Positions 38,463 to 49,894 of a DNA stretch of 64,000 bases are shown here, piece after piece (within the stretch, counting starts at the first letter, position 1; each line of letters begins with the position of its first letter). A program made the translations under genes and the position numbers. Source of the DNA: Pavona decussata (taxonomy: Eukaryota); the NCBI GenBank assembly GCA_977016875.1, contig CDRNST010000013.1, forward strand, positions 1,054,001 through 1,118,000. Reading direction: 5' to 3'. Below the pieces are notes generated by a model, which was not told where the DNA came from, ran no database searches, and worked only from the letters and a program-made list of their open reading frames with translations.

Positions 38463-41240
38463 TTAAATAGCTTTGAATACTTTGGCTCCATGTAGCCTTG
38501 TGGCGATGTCTTCAATTGTAGGCAAGGGGTAGTGCTCATGCTGTATGGCCCGATTTAAGTCTCTTGGGTCGAGACATGTTCGCAGTTTGCCCTTTTTCTT
38601 GGGTGCAGTTACCATGGAGCTTATCCAGGCTGTGGGCAAGGTCACAGGTGTGATGATTTTCTGTTTCTCGAGATTGTCTAAAGCTTCTTGGACTTTCGCT
38701 TTAAGTGCCACCAGTACACGGCGAGGCGCATGTTGTAAAGCTTCCATGGCGCTATCAATTCTAAAGTGATATTCTCCGGCTAGTTTTCTGACTCCATCAC
38801 TGAAAACTTCAGAGTATTTCTTGATTAGTACTTCTTTCGTGATAGGGTCACGTGTCAATTTGCTAGTGTTCGTGTTTTGGAGAGTGTACACCACCGCATT
38901 TCCTGTTTGCGGTTTGTTTATTTCATCACTGTCAATGTACTTGACGATTTTCATGCCAATACCAGCCTTTCTTCCATTGCACTGCACTCCCGTGTCTGGC
39001 TGGAAACGGAGATAGTTTCTGGATGACAGTTTAACCCATTGACTCCTACACCGGCCAAAACCGGCCGTCCCTCGCGCATGCTCCACACGTGAAACTCGAT
39101 ACGTTTTACCTCCCCTCCTGGAGTTTTTTTCGTCCTGAAAAGGTCACAATAGCTAGTAGAACGATAAACCAATCAGAATCTGTCTTTTGCGCATATTTTA
39201 AGGCATTTTAGGGGGTAGGGGAAAGGATCCTTCTGAACCTACCGCATGGAGCTGAGCAAAATTACAAAATGGTGCCGCGCGTGAATCGGTCCTGAAGTTT
39301 CAAGACATGTTTTTTTCATCTTTTAAAGCAAGTACATCTTTTTTAAGCTCACAATGGAAAGGAATAACTGTGAACAATAATCTACTGTCAAAAAAGAGAA
39401 CTTGGAGGTGTTAAAAAACAGCGAAAAGCCGTTTCGCGTTGTGATCTCTTATATTTCCACGCCGCTACCGAAATATGCCTCAAAAGTTAAAACCGAACCG
39501 CGGGCTTCAAACGGAGTTTATAAGACCAGGACAATAGTGACAACACTGTAAATGATGTTTTCTGATGTGGATTTGCTTCTTACAAGTAGTTTAAGTGATG
39601 ATTTGAACCAGAATTCTGTAACTTCTGTAATTTTCATCGCAAACGTGCCCGAATTTAATGCGAGTGATCGCCTTGTACAAACACGGAGCGTCTTCAAATT
39701 ACATGCGAGTTTGCACGCACGCAAAAAAACTGAAAGTTTTTTGCCTCTTATAGCAAATATATTATTTCAATAAGAAGTTTAGTTGGAAAAGCTTTTTGTT
39801 GATTTTTGAGTCTTTGTCAATTCATATATTCGTTTGAGAAGCAACAGATGCGTAATCAAGGGCAATTTGCATAAGCGGGTTGAAATTTGATATGCCAAAG
39901 GTTTTCATCAACATGCCATGAATTTTAGCAATTTTTGCGTTCAAGTGTGTTTTTTGGCAAATGATTAATCGGTAACCATATTAATTTACGTCAGAAAACA
40001 TTTGTTTAATCATTCCAGTTTAATATGCAGTTAATTTTGGAAGCCAAGAATATTTATTTATCTACTGTGCAGTTTGTTGAGTAAAAGCACTCTAGGAAAA
40101 AAGGTAATTTATGCAAAAACCATGGCAACACGACAGGTGTCAAAGGGTTAAGCGTTACCAGCTGAGAGTCATCCAGTGCACACGCTGGGATATTTGTGGC
40201 ATAGAACACTTCCGAATCGCTGTCAGGGTTGTCGACAGCTCGGATAGATTTGCAGTGGTCGTTATCTTTGGTATCTTTTCTCTTACTGCGACATTTAGAC
40301 GCAAAATGTGACAGCTTTCCACATTTCAGACAAGTCTTGAGATATGCTGGGCATAATTCTTTCTTTGTGTAATTGTGTTCGGTGCTGTAGTTTCCGCATT
40401 CCTTAGTGTTTGCCTGTTAACCACCACGAGTTTTCCATTTCTGTCGATTAGCTTCCAGGCTTCTCGTTTTGTTGCCTCTGTTCAAAGTGTTCACAGTTTG
40501 TCCCTCGCTGTTTCCGACAATTTTCATTTGAGCGATCATGCTCTCGGAGGCTCTGCAGAGCTCATCTGTTTTTTCAAGGGTCAACTTGGTCTCCCTCAAT
40601 AATCTCTCTCTGACTTTACTGTCAGGAATGCCAAACACTAAACGATCACAAAGTATCTCCTCTGGTGTAATTTGTTCAAAATTATAGCTATTGGCAAGCT
40701 CTCACAGGGCCGTGCGGTATTGGTTGTACGTTTTTCTGGCTCTTGCATCCTATGGTTAAATTTAAATCTCTCAAAAGGAATATTCTTGCGTGGTTCGTAA
40801 TATTCTCTAAATTTCTTTAATACTGGTTTAATCTTCTTGTCGTCTCCATCGTTTGCCCAGTCGTTAAAAGTTGAGTACACTTCGCATGGCTCTTCGCCGA
40901 TCACCGTAAGAAGTGTAGCGACTTGCACACCTTCGGCTTTCTTGGAAAGCTCTGTGGCAAGTGCATAGTTTTCCCACGCTAAGAAAAACTTGTTCCCTTT
41001 GTCCGCCGCGTTCGGGCTGTGTATCTCTAGTGCAGGTGGTGGCGGCAAAGCATATCCCGTGGCCATACTTCTCCGGACGCTGTTCGGATAAGCTTTGTGT
41101 AATACTTTACCACTAAAGCTCTCGACTGGCTGCCGCCATGTAAGAACAAGGCGGTAGGCTTGCTGCTATTGAATTCGATTTATTGAGGTCTTAACTCAAT
41201 TAAGAATTAAAGGGAGTGAACTTGAGATAGCATGGATCAC
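38463..41240 (-). mobile_element. Truncated Ty3/Gypsy element (LTR remnant, PBS, gag, protease, start of RT) inside BEL-B gag
   Basis: ...TTACA|TGGCGGCAGC PBS at 41138; QVATLLTVIG; LRFQPDTG.QCN; WISSMV..KK.GKLR.CLDPRDLNRAI..HYPLPTIEDI. Confidence 0.85.
39035..40147. mobile_element. Non-autonomous piggyBac element in the Gypsy protease
   Basis: TTAA|CCCATTGACTCCT...AGGTGTCAAAGGG|TTAA. Excision restores QLVTLKLSSRNYLRFQPDTG. Confidence 0.88.
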
Positions 41241-41884
41241 GCTAAGAAACCAAAAAAAAAAAACTATTTCCGGTATGAAATTTTCACTGGTTGATTATCT
41301 ATCTATAGCAAACACACGGTTGCGGTTTGGAGATAAGCAGTTTCGTCACAAACGCTGGTGTCCAAACACTTGCAATACTTATCATGTGCATCAACAAATT
41401 TAATCCACGCGTCATTGAGATTTTCCATTGCATTTGAGATTTCTTCCTGAGTGCCGCTGCATTCCATCAAACGGGTAATCTCGTTGCTTATTCTGATCAG
41501 ATTTCCAGCATAGCCAGAGCGTGACTTGTTTAGAGCGCATTTCTTCGCATTCAAATACCCCTCAATGTCTTGATCCATGTGACACGTATAAACATGAGTA
41601 TTTCTGGGCCGCTTCCTTCTTCCATTTCCATCAAATCGCCTATACAGTTATGAGTGCATGATCACTCGCTTCAAGATGAGAGAATCCAACTGTAACTCAA
41701 AATCACCTTCCATAATTCCAGAATTAAAGTGTTCCAAAATCAAAGTGTTCGGAATCGAAAGATAACGCCGAGGCATAAATTATAATCCCTTCGCCTCTTC
41801 CAAATACTCGCAAGAAACAAGTCAAACTTCTAAAGTTCTACTGAATGAATCCTGCTCCACTGTCGATTCGAAGTAGTTGAAAAC

Positions 41885-42256
41885 TAATACGCAGTTCCCA
41901 AGACCATATGTGTAAGATTCCAAAGCGAAAACTCAACCATTTATTTAAAATATTCCTTCAACAATTCCACAAATTTTCCAGTCATCACGTCGGGTAAACA
42001 TCCAGTTAAGTAATAAGGCAGTCAATAAGGCAGGTTTTTCTACGAAAAGAAATTACACCTTTACCGAGCAAAATAACAATACACACAGTATACGACTGAA
42101 CTTACCAACTGTTTCGAATTCAAAGTGTCTACAACTCAACGAATTGAATAACAAATTATGCCAGTGCAAAACATGGCGACTTGTTGTTTTAAGACTGAGC
42201 ACATGGAAAATGTCCCGGATTATGACGTCAAATGTACGCACGCAATGGGAGTTACA
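41885..42256 (-). repeat. 5' LTR of BEL-B
   Basis: Reverse complement of 22148-22508 plus a short AATAAGGCAG duplication at ~42013-42034. Flanked by ATAAA (TTTAT on the minus strand) at 42257-42261. Confidence 0.9.
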
Positions 42257-42549
42257 ATAAATGGATTACCATTACCATCATCACAAGATATACCTATTAC
42301 AGATGCAGCAAAATAATAATCATCGTAATACAAATGACAAATTTGTTATTTGTTCCCTAGTAAAGCTTCAAATACTCCATGGTGAGGTGGCAGATTCATA
42401 CAAGCTCCCCCCTTCCTTAAAAAATATTAATATATGAAAATGCACCACCCTGGGGATAAGACAGGTATCAAGTTTTTGAAAGGATGTCACAAATCCATTC
42501 AGTAAATGAAAGAAAATTCCACCTGGAGGAAGCTGATAATAACTAATTC

Positions 42550-43688
42550 TGTCATCAGTCCTAAGTCACTACGGAGTACCATGAGAAGCACGCGCACTTG
42601 CTTAATCAGCCATTGTATGCTAGCTTGTACAACCGAAACGATCTTCACCATATTTCGATCAGAATTCAGATGCCTGCGAGCGCATTTTCACGGATAGAAT
42701 TGCCAATTTGCTGAATAAGTATGTTCCTGGTCCCAAGGCACCAGTCTTTTGATATGGGCTGTAACACACCTGGTAGAGCCTTTTATAAATCCAGCATTCG
42801 GCTCACCAGCAGACATACAAAAGTCTGTCTTGTGCTTCTAATGTGTTTTGCCTCTGAAAGAAAGTCCTGGAACTGAAGAAGGTTCTCTTGCATTCCCAGC
42901 CTGGCACTAAAAGTAATCCTTCAAAAAGAGGGTATCTTCTTACTCATTTTTGTTACCTAAACGCAGAAATTCAATTTGTAGCAGCATCCATCCACCTACG
43001 GGCCATGTTTCTCGCGTTAAAGAACTAGGCCCTGCGTGGGCATCTCCCTACCATTCTGGAACCAAGGTGACCCAAAGAATCATTAGTTAGATGCAAGGAA
43101 AAACTAATGAGATTCAGTGTCTAGATTCACAGACAACTTTTGCTGACATGCTGCAGATGGCTCCAGTGTTCAATTTAATTTAAATGCAAAAGTTTGATTG
43201 GCACATGCAGGTATACAAGTTAAAACGTCTGCAAAGAGGAGGAGAGCTGCATTCGCTTTTAAAAATGACAAAGCCTCTAACTCTGGTTCCTACACCTCCG
43301 ATAGTTTTCCTTTCTTTATACAAGAGCAAAGGGAAGTTCATGTTGCTGGAAAAAAAGAGGGGCAATTGTTATTTTCGAAATACATGCCAGAAACGTGTAT
43401 TAAGCTGTTAAAGGACTTGGGTTTCCGGGAAACTCCAAAAAGTTTTGTACACCTGGGCAGTATTCAGCAATAGTGAATGGTCTTCTTCAAGACAGCTATA
43501 ACAAACTGAAGGTTTTGTCTGCCGTTGAGGTACTGAATGCACCTGCACTAGATGATCTGGAAGAGGAAATTGTACAAGGCATTGACGATGATGAGTATGT
43601 AAAGAGTAAAGATATTAAAACACAGGATAAAGATCCAATCCTGGAAAGGGATGAGGTTGAAGATGCACATGAAGCTCAACAGGCATGA
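42550..43688 (+). pseudogene. Degenerate DNA-transposase C-terminal half, P-element/THAP9-like (tentative)
   Basis: DQNSDACERIFTDRIANLL..GT..; SPYHSGTKVTQRIIS.MQG..TTFADML. Spacing resembles P-type motifs; many frameshifts. Confidence 0.35.
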
Positions 43689-45303
43689 AAGGGGAAGTGG
43701 AAAATAGAAAGTTTGAGATCCGAGTTTACCCCGAACCACTGTTGGTCACATGACCAGTCTTTCTCATCACATTTTAGGTTTTCGACCTGCGTTTTCAACG
43801 TGGAGAGGTAGGTTTTCACGTATGTCATCTACTTGAAAGCTTTTAGGGTATGACTCTTGTTTTATCTCACGTAATGATACAAAAATCTTGTGGAGCAAAT
43901 CTTTATCCATTAACGCAGGTACAAATTCGGGCGAAATGCTTAATTTGATAATAATCTTTATTTGATAAATCCTATTGGATCTTGAAAACAAGTGTCATTC
44001 ATGGCTGCTGATTGAAAATGGCAGCCGTAAATTTGCAAGAAGAACTAATGTAAGAATTTACAGTTCTTCACTGCTAGATAACCAAGTGTTACTGTAAATT
44101 ACTTTTATTTTCACTGATTGATATTTCTTCTATTTCTTAATGGAAATAAACCTACAATGTCTAAATTTCGTTGGCCAGAGGCTTGACACGAGTAGGCTCT
44201 TGCCAAGGAAGTCGCCCAACATAACCGCAAGGAAACCTGATGCCTAAGGGGAGGGACTGCTGTGAAAGTATGGGTTGCATTTTAACCAAATACAAAGAAG
44301 AAGACATGAAAGGTTTAAAGAGGTAAGTTTGCTGTTGGTTGGCTTGTTTATACTCACAACTGAGTAAAATTAGTCACAATTACAAATATACAACAAGTCC
44401 ATATGTTTGTTTCTCTTATTTCCTTCCTTTTCAATAATCTTGCTCTTTCGATGCTTAATTGGTAAAATGTATAATCTATCACAAAAAAATTACACCGAAA
44501 ACATGATTTATGACCTACAGATTTGTTTAAGGTTATAATTTGATGGTGACATGGAGTATAAAACCAAATTGAAATTTTGACTCTGGCTTACATTTTTTCA
44601 CGCTATCATTTAACTTAATTGGCTCCCGGCTTCTCATTTAGTTTTTATACAACACCAGCTTAGCATTTATGTCAAGAGTTTTAATTCTGTCCTTTATTTT
44701 GGATTTATGATACCTGGTTTGTAACGGGTTTAGAGAGGTCAACGAAGGCTGATTCATACTTGGATACAAGCACAGATGCAAGTTCAGGCATATCAAGCAG
44801 TGCTGTCAGAACACGCTAGCGACTGCCATAGTTCAGTTAAGGCCCCACCACCGGCTACTTTCCAATGAGATCACAATAAATAAATACTTAGCAACAGAAC
44901 TTTGTCAAATTTTACAGCCCGCTATTTTTTGGTTAAGCCATCTACTTGAAAACATGCTGACCGCACTGATCAAACATGCTACAACGTGACTACAGTGTTT
45001 ATATTATTTTTTTATGATTTTGAAGATCAAAACATAAAGGAAGAATTCACTGAGATACAGCAGTTATGAGAGAATATCTTAGTATACAGAATAGATATGA
45101 TAGAGACGCAGCAGATAGAAAAGGAATCAAGAAAAAGGGAGCAGGACGACAAAAGGAGAGGGAGGAGATGCGGCTATACTAGGACTGGTATTCCTGCACG
45201 CACGGCTGTCAGTATTTCTTGTAGAAGTCTCTTGTATGTCTACTGACCTGCTGTCCTTTGGTGACCTAGGAACAAAAAAGTTATGCATCCCAGTTCCTGC
45301 TTT

Positions 45304-45560
45304 TTAAGACTCAGATTTCACTACAATGATTTTCTGGTGTTTCTTTCCTCGTGCATGGCTTGGAAGTGCTTGTTTTTCCATGTTCCCAAGCTGAAAGCCA
45401 GTTGCACATACTTTACAGCGTGCTTTATCCTTATGACTGGACCTTGCAATCCAGGAAGAAAACTGTGAATCCTTCAACCAGTCCTCATTGTACAATGTCT
45501 TCTTTAAACTCGTACTCGGACTATATTAAAATACACAATTGCTGCACTGACAAATGCCAA
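45304..45560 (-). pseudogene. BED-like zinc finger from a hAT transposase N-terminus
   Basis: YNEDWL..FSSWI..KARCKVC..F.LGNM.K.AL.SH..GKKH. Confidence 0.7.
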
Positions 45561-45789
45561 TGAAGACCTATATTTATAACTTATTTCAAACTTACAGGGG
45601 AACTCTAACTATAAAGTTTGGTTCAACATGTGGTTGTTCTTCTTTAGCTGTTTCAATTTCCCAAGCAAAACAGTGTTTGACAGACCACTCTACGCTCCAC
45701 CACGCTTTCACAAAAATGGTCGCAAGAAAACACTGGTTCTTCCGATTTCTATTTCTTATTTGGAAGCTAAAAATTAACAAATGCCACTA

Positions 45790-45955
45790 ACCTAAAATTA
45801 TGGGAATCTAATTTTTCCGCTTGGCCCAGCCACTTAGCTCGATTAGCTTGCTATTTCTAAGTGGCTGTGCCCTCTTCTTTAGTAATTTTTCTTCCTTGTA
45901 TTAATGTAACACTGTATAATTACTGGGCAGTTATAAAGATTGTTGTTGTTGTTGC
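45790..45955 (+). mobile_element. LINE 3' UTR fragment with a (TTG)n tail
   Basis: Hairpin CAGCCACTTAG...CTAAGTGGCTG followed by ATAAAGATTGTTGTTGTTGTTG. Confidence 0.55.
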
Positions 45956-45959
45956 TAGT

Positions 45960-46340
45960 AACCGGTGCCGAATGTTTCCTTTACTTCAGCAACTGTATGG
46001 GTAAAGATCGGTACTACATTTCTACTGCACTGCCTTTAGCAAAACAACAGGCTTTTGAGCCAGTACCATGCACAGTACCCTGAGCATGAACAAAATCTCA
46101 TTGTTGAAGAGTTAGTGAAGGAAACACGTATCCACCGCATACTTTTTGTGACCATCGCATTTGACCTTGCGATCGTCTGTAACAACATCAGATGAGTAAT
46201 CCACATATGAGTCCCCCACACAATGGACGATTACTGCCAAGAAGTAAGCTGGAAGACCATCTCTTCCAGCCCGGCCTGGGCAGATATCTTTTACAACTTC
46301 TACAATATCTCCAAATCCAGAAAAAAAAACATGCCTGATG
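45960..46340 (+). pseudogene. RecQ-like SF2 helicase C-terminal relic (AcademH type)
   Basis: QYHAQYPEHEQNLIVEELVK..RILFVTIAF..NIR*VIHI*VP.TMDDYCQEV[GRAGRDGLPA, inverted]WADIFYN. Confidence 0.8.
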
Positions 46341-46459
46341 TAACGAGGAACAATCAAAACAGTGCAAAAGGAAAATGATTCTCAGCTATTTTGACCATGA
46401 TGTCCCCAACAATCATTATCCTGCTCACATGTCCTGTGACTTTCACAGTCATCAGTGCA

Positions 46460-47140
46460 GGTGTCCAATCATTGCCACGTCATTTGCGTTTGTGTGTTAC
46501 CTCAATGTCACTGGGATTAACTTTAGCATTTAACATGGCTGCCAATTTTAAGACTACCTCTTCCGTCGTTGAATAGCATTAATCTGGTATCCCATGAATT
46601 TCTAGGCTTTTTTTTTTCTTCGTAAATCACCGAGCGCCGTGTACAGCTTGTCCAGCTCTTCCACTTGCTTATGGAGTTTATCTTTAGTTTCTTAAAGTTC
46701 GGTCTTCAGAGTTTCATTAGTTTTTGACACCTTTGTTAATGATGTTTTTAAAATGCTGACTTCTGTGTCTTTTAACTGAAGAGATATTTTTAACTGTTTA
46801 ACGTCCTCTCTCAAAGTAGAGTTCTCTTTCAACAAGATGCTTGTGACCAACTTTTGCTCTGACTTTTTGAAGGTCCGCTAACATGTCATGTATTTCCTAA
46901 AGCATTGGTTCTTCCTCCAAAGCTGCATCAGATTCTTTACGGTCCACCATGTTATCAGTATCTTCTTTGTGAGCGTTTGATTTTTTATTTGGCCGTTTTG
47001 CAACGTTTGTCTCTTCCTCTGTCAAAACTGCGGTCTCAGGGTTGTTTTTCTTGCAAGTCATAGGCCCATTAACCAAAGATTTTTTACTGAGAGAGAGGAG
47101 GGATGACACTGCTCAAAATTCACGTCCACTCACACGGGCT
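46460..47140 (-). pseudogene. LINE ORF1 relic
   Basis: Coiled coil followed by KSLEIHGIP..TTEEVVLKLA..V.PSDIEVTHK. Confidence 0.65.
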
Positions 47141-48136
47141 CCACACATGCTCCACATCACATCTATGATATCATCAAAGTGTTTCCTGGTGAACACAATT
47201 TTTTATGCCTAAACTTTGTTTTCCAATGTAAAAAAAACAGTACTAAAATCACATTTGTCGAAAAATGTTTGAACTCTGACAAACAGATAGATGCTTACCT
47301 TGCAGCTGCCACTAATTTGGATTATATTGATTTCTCAAAGTAATATTAAAGTAACGCGGAGCTTGTGGCTTTTGTTTCACTTACCTTCCAAGATATCCTT
47401 GATCTATATCTTTGGTCGGCCATGGTCACAAGAAAGTTACCCAATTGCGCAATAAAAAACAATACAAGTGTTGATTGATTGCGTTATATGATGCTTTGGA
47501 GAGCAAGGCAAATGAATGGTATGTGATGTTACGTATCAATGGCAAGTCATCACCTAGAGAGATTTTGTACAAAATTAGAATACAAAATGATAGAGTCTGT
47601 CTGCAATGATTTTTGTCACTCCAGGTTGAAAATAAAATAAAAGCCGCATGTTTACAAGTTTATTTCAGGTACCCCGCACGCCATGTGTGTGTGGGATGTG
47701 CCAGAAATAGAAAATGAAGTAAATAAATCGCCTTTATTTAAAAAGGTGGCTTTGGTCTTTTCCTGGTGATCTTCTTTAACACACCTAACTAGAAATAGAG
47801 AAAGCCGGATATAGCTTCCTTACTATTAGATTGTGTGATTTACTTCATTATCGCCAGGAAAAGTACACTTAGCACTGGACCAGAATACTTCGAGTTCACC
47901 CTGTTAATTCTTCAACTCATTTGGGTTTTCTTCTAGTTTAGCTTGAGAGTATAATAAACATTTAACACTGAAGACTGCAATGCCGTGTAATGATCTATAT
48001 GCATTAGGTTGGATCAACACAAACAGTGATAAGAATAAACCCACCACTGTTCGGACAGATCAAACAATGTTCACCAAGGCATTCTCTTCCATTCTCGGCT
48101 AAACCTGGCAGGATCAGCGCTCAAACTAGAAACCAG

Positions 48137-48179
48137 ACGCAGACAGCTGTTTCAGTCTTGTTGGCCCTCGTCACTGCGC
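48137..48179 (-). ncRNA. Degenerate minimal type-I hammerhead ribozyme (Penelope/retrozyme-associated)
   Basis: GCGCA-GUGACGA-GGGCCAACAAGACU-GAAA-CAGCU-GUC-UGCGU. Helix I and the palindromic helix III are present; core C3 is mutated to G and helix II is degraded. Confidence 0.5.
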
Positions 48180-48809
48180 CGTAGCTAAAATTCAATGAGC
48201 CCTCGTTACACTTCATCTATCTCGTAAGTGTTGCTAGTCACTAAGATTGGATTGCGCAAAGGCCACGTCACAAACAATTGCGACAAATGGTTAGGGATAG
48301 AGTTAGAGTATATTAGAGTATATTAGTTCAAAAAGAAAAGTGGAATTTATAGATTTTTTTGGATGGTACAATCCACCTGAAAATATGAGGCTGTGTATTT
48401 ATTGGCACTTGCACCCAGATCATGTAATTTCCCGTGGCCGTGCAAAATAACACAACCAACAACTGTGTGAGCCCACATTTTAGTAAATTGCAGTTTACCA
48501 ATCCGTTTACACAGTAAACACTTTATAATCTGAAAGTGACGTATTAAAGCTAAAGTTACTTTGTTATGAACGGTTACAATGGAAATAATTAGATTTACCA
48601 TTATATGGCAGTGTGTTTGTACGATGGCGCTAAGTTTGAAAATATATAGTGCTATTCATTACCCGGAACTTTTTCAGTGGTTTGTAGGGATGGAGACGAA
48701 GAACATTGGTAAAGCGAAAGGCCCGCTTCTACATAAAGTGTCATCACCTTCGTTGAATCCTAAGAAGTCTTGGTTGGCTCTTAATTCCGTTCTTTGTACT
48801 GGTAAGCCA

Positions 48810-49628
48810 TCGAGACTATGTTCTTAAGGTTTTGACCAGATATTTTCTGATGAATACTGCCAAGTAGAGCTGGACGATCTCATCAGCGATTATGGCATTC
48901 CTACCTCCACCAGTTGGTTCCTCGGCCGCTGGTCGACGAAGCGAAAAAGTGTACATAGCTTCAGCCTTTGGCCTCAACCTCGGTATCCTCCGCCAAAATT
49001 CACTCCAGGGAATACCATTCATCAATTCGGAAGATGCTGGCTTGGATCAACAAGTTTGATCTCCGTGAAACAGATGAAGAGCCGCAGGTAAACCAGGGGC
49101 TGAAATGCCTCATGGAAGCATTACAAGGACAGCTTTCAGTGACATCCAAAGAATGTTCCGCGCTGCAAGGCCAGATGAGTTACTAAAAAGAGAACTCTTT
49201 ACCTAGTTTACCACCAACTCCACCAAGCACCCCCAGCCCGCCTGAACCAAAAAGCACGCCATTGCCCATCCAACACACCCTGCCAAAATCCAAGGGGAGA
49301 AAGGACTCTCTGGGAATCAGGGAAACAGCTGTAAATGCTATAAAGGAAGTCTCCACTCTTTGCGAAAGCAATGGAGAATCCCTTGGTTCCGTTCTTGGGG
49401 AGTGCTGTTGCTTGAATGGAAACGCTGGCTGTGAAGCCCATGAAGTTGTTGTGACTACTTTTGTCCAAGCTGCGTTTTCCAAGCTCTTGCCTGAAGGGGC
49501 GTGGGACGAGAGGGTAAAAGCCTTGAGGGTTCCACACTGGCATTACCTCCTGTTCAAGCTCAAGTCTAAGACATCAGACAGTGCCTGGCAGGACTTGATC
49601 AACCTTACTAAATTAGGGAGAACAGGGG
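48810..49628 (+). pseudogene. Disrupted first exon of an unidentified, probably transposon-encoded protein
   Basis: Frameshifted reading frame with a Pro-rich linker and a helical domain ending ..LLFKLKSKTSDSAWQDLINLTKLGRTG|GTAAGT. Confidence 0.4.
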
Positions 49629-49734
49629 TAAGTTCAACATACATGTAAGCTTACTGCATGAGTTAATTTATGTGAATTTTGTTGCCTCATCACACATCAT
49701 AATAGACCTAACTCCTGGTAGTTCTATTTTTACA

Positions 49735-49894
49735 GTTGATTTTCATTGCCACCATGATGGTCGACAAAGCAAAAGAAAATTTGTTCACAAAGTTTGCATA
49801 AGAATATTTCAAGTTTACTCCCAGAGGAGAAAAATCTTATGTTTGTTCCTGTCCACCAACATGGCCGCCATAACGTCACAAGCAGACCATCAAT
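49735..49894. mobile_element. Degenerate short MITE
   Basis: GCCACCATGATGGTCGACA / TGTCCACCAACATGGCCGCC imperfect inverted ends. Confidence 0.45.

Larger units (their letters stand above)
35813..42256 (-). mobile_element. BEL/Pao element B 5' part (LTR, gag, protease, RT, RNase H) with nested Gypsy and piggyBac
   Basis: Gag at ~41580-41300 and 38460-38250; [50 protein letters not shown]. Confidence 0.9.

Noticed and set aside
38463-39086. 207-aa ORF with a novel N-terminus
   Set aside because: The first ~18 codons come from the piggyBac end; the remainder is Gypsy pol.
22148-42256. Inverted ~360-bp repeats read as TIRs of a 20-kb giant DNA transposon, or as the cause of the inversion
   Set aside because: They are BEL LTRs (TGT start, PPT-like flank, shared TSD) flipped by an inversion whose breakpoints lie elsewhere.
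43704-45190. Possible third Harbinger end with Myb-gene scraps
   Set aside because: Too degraded; no second terminus or convincing motif.
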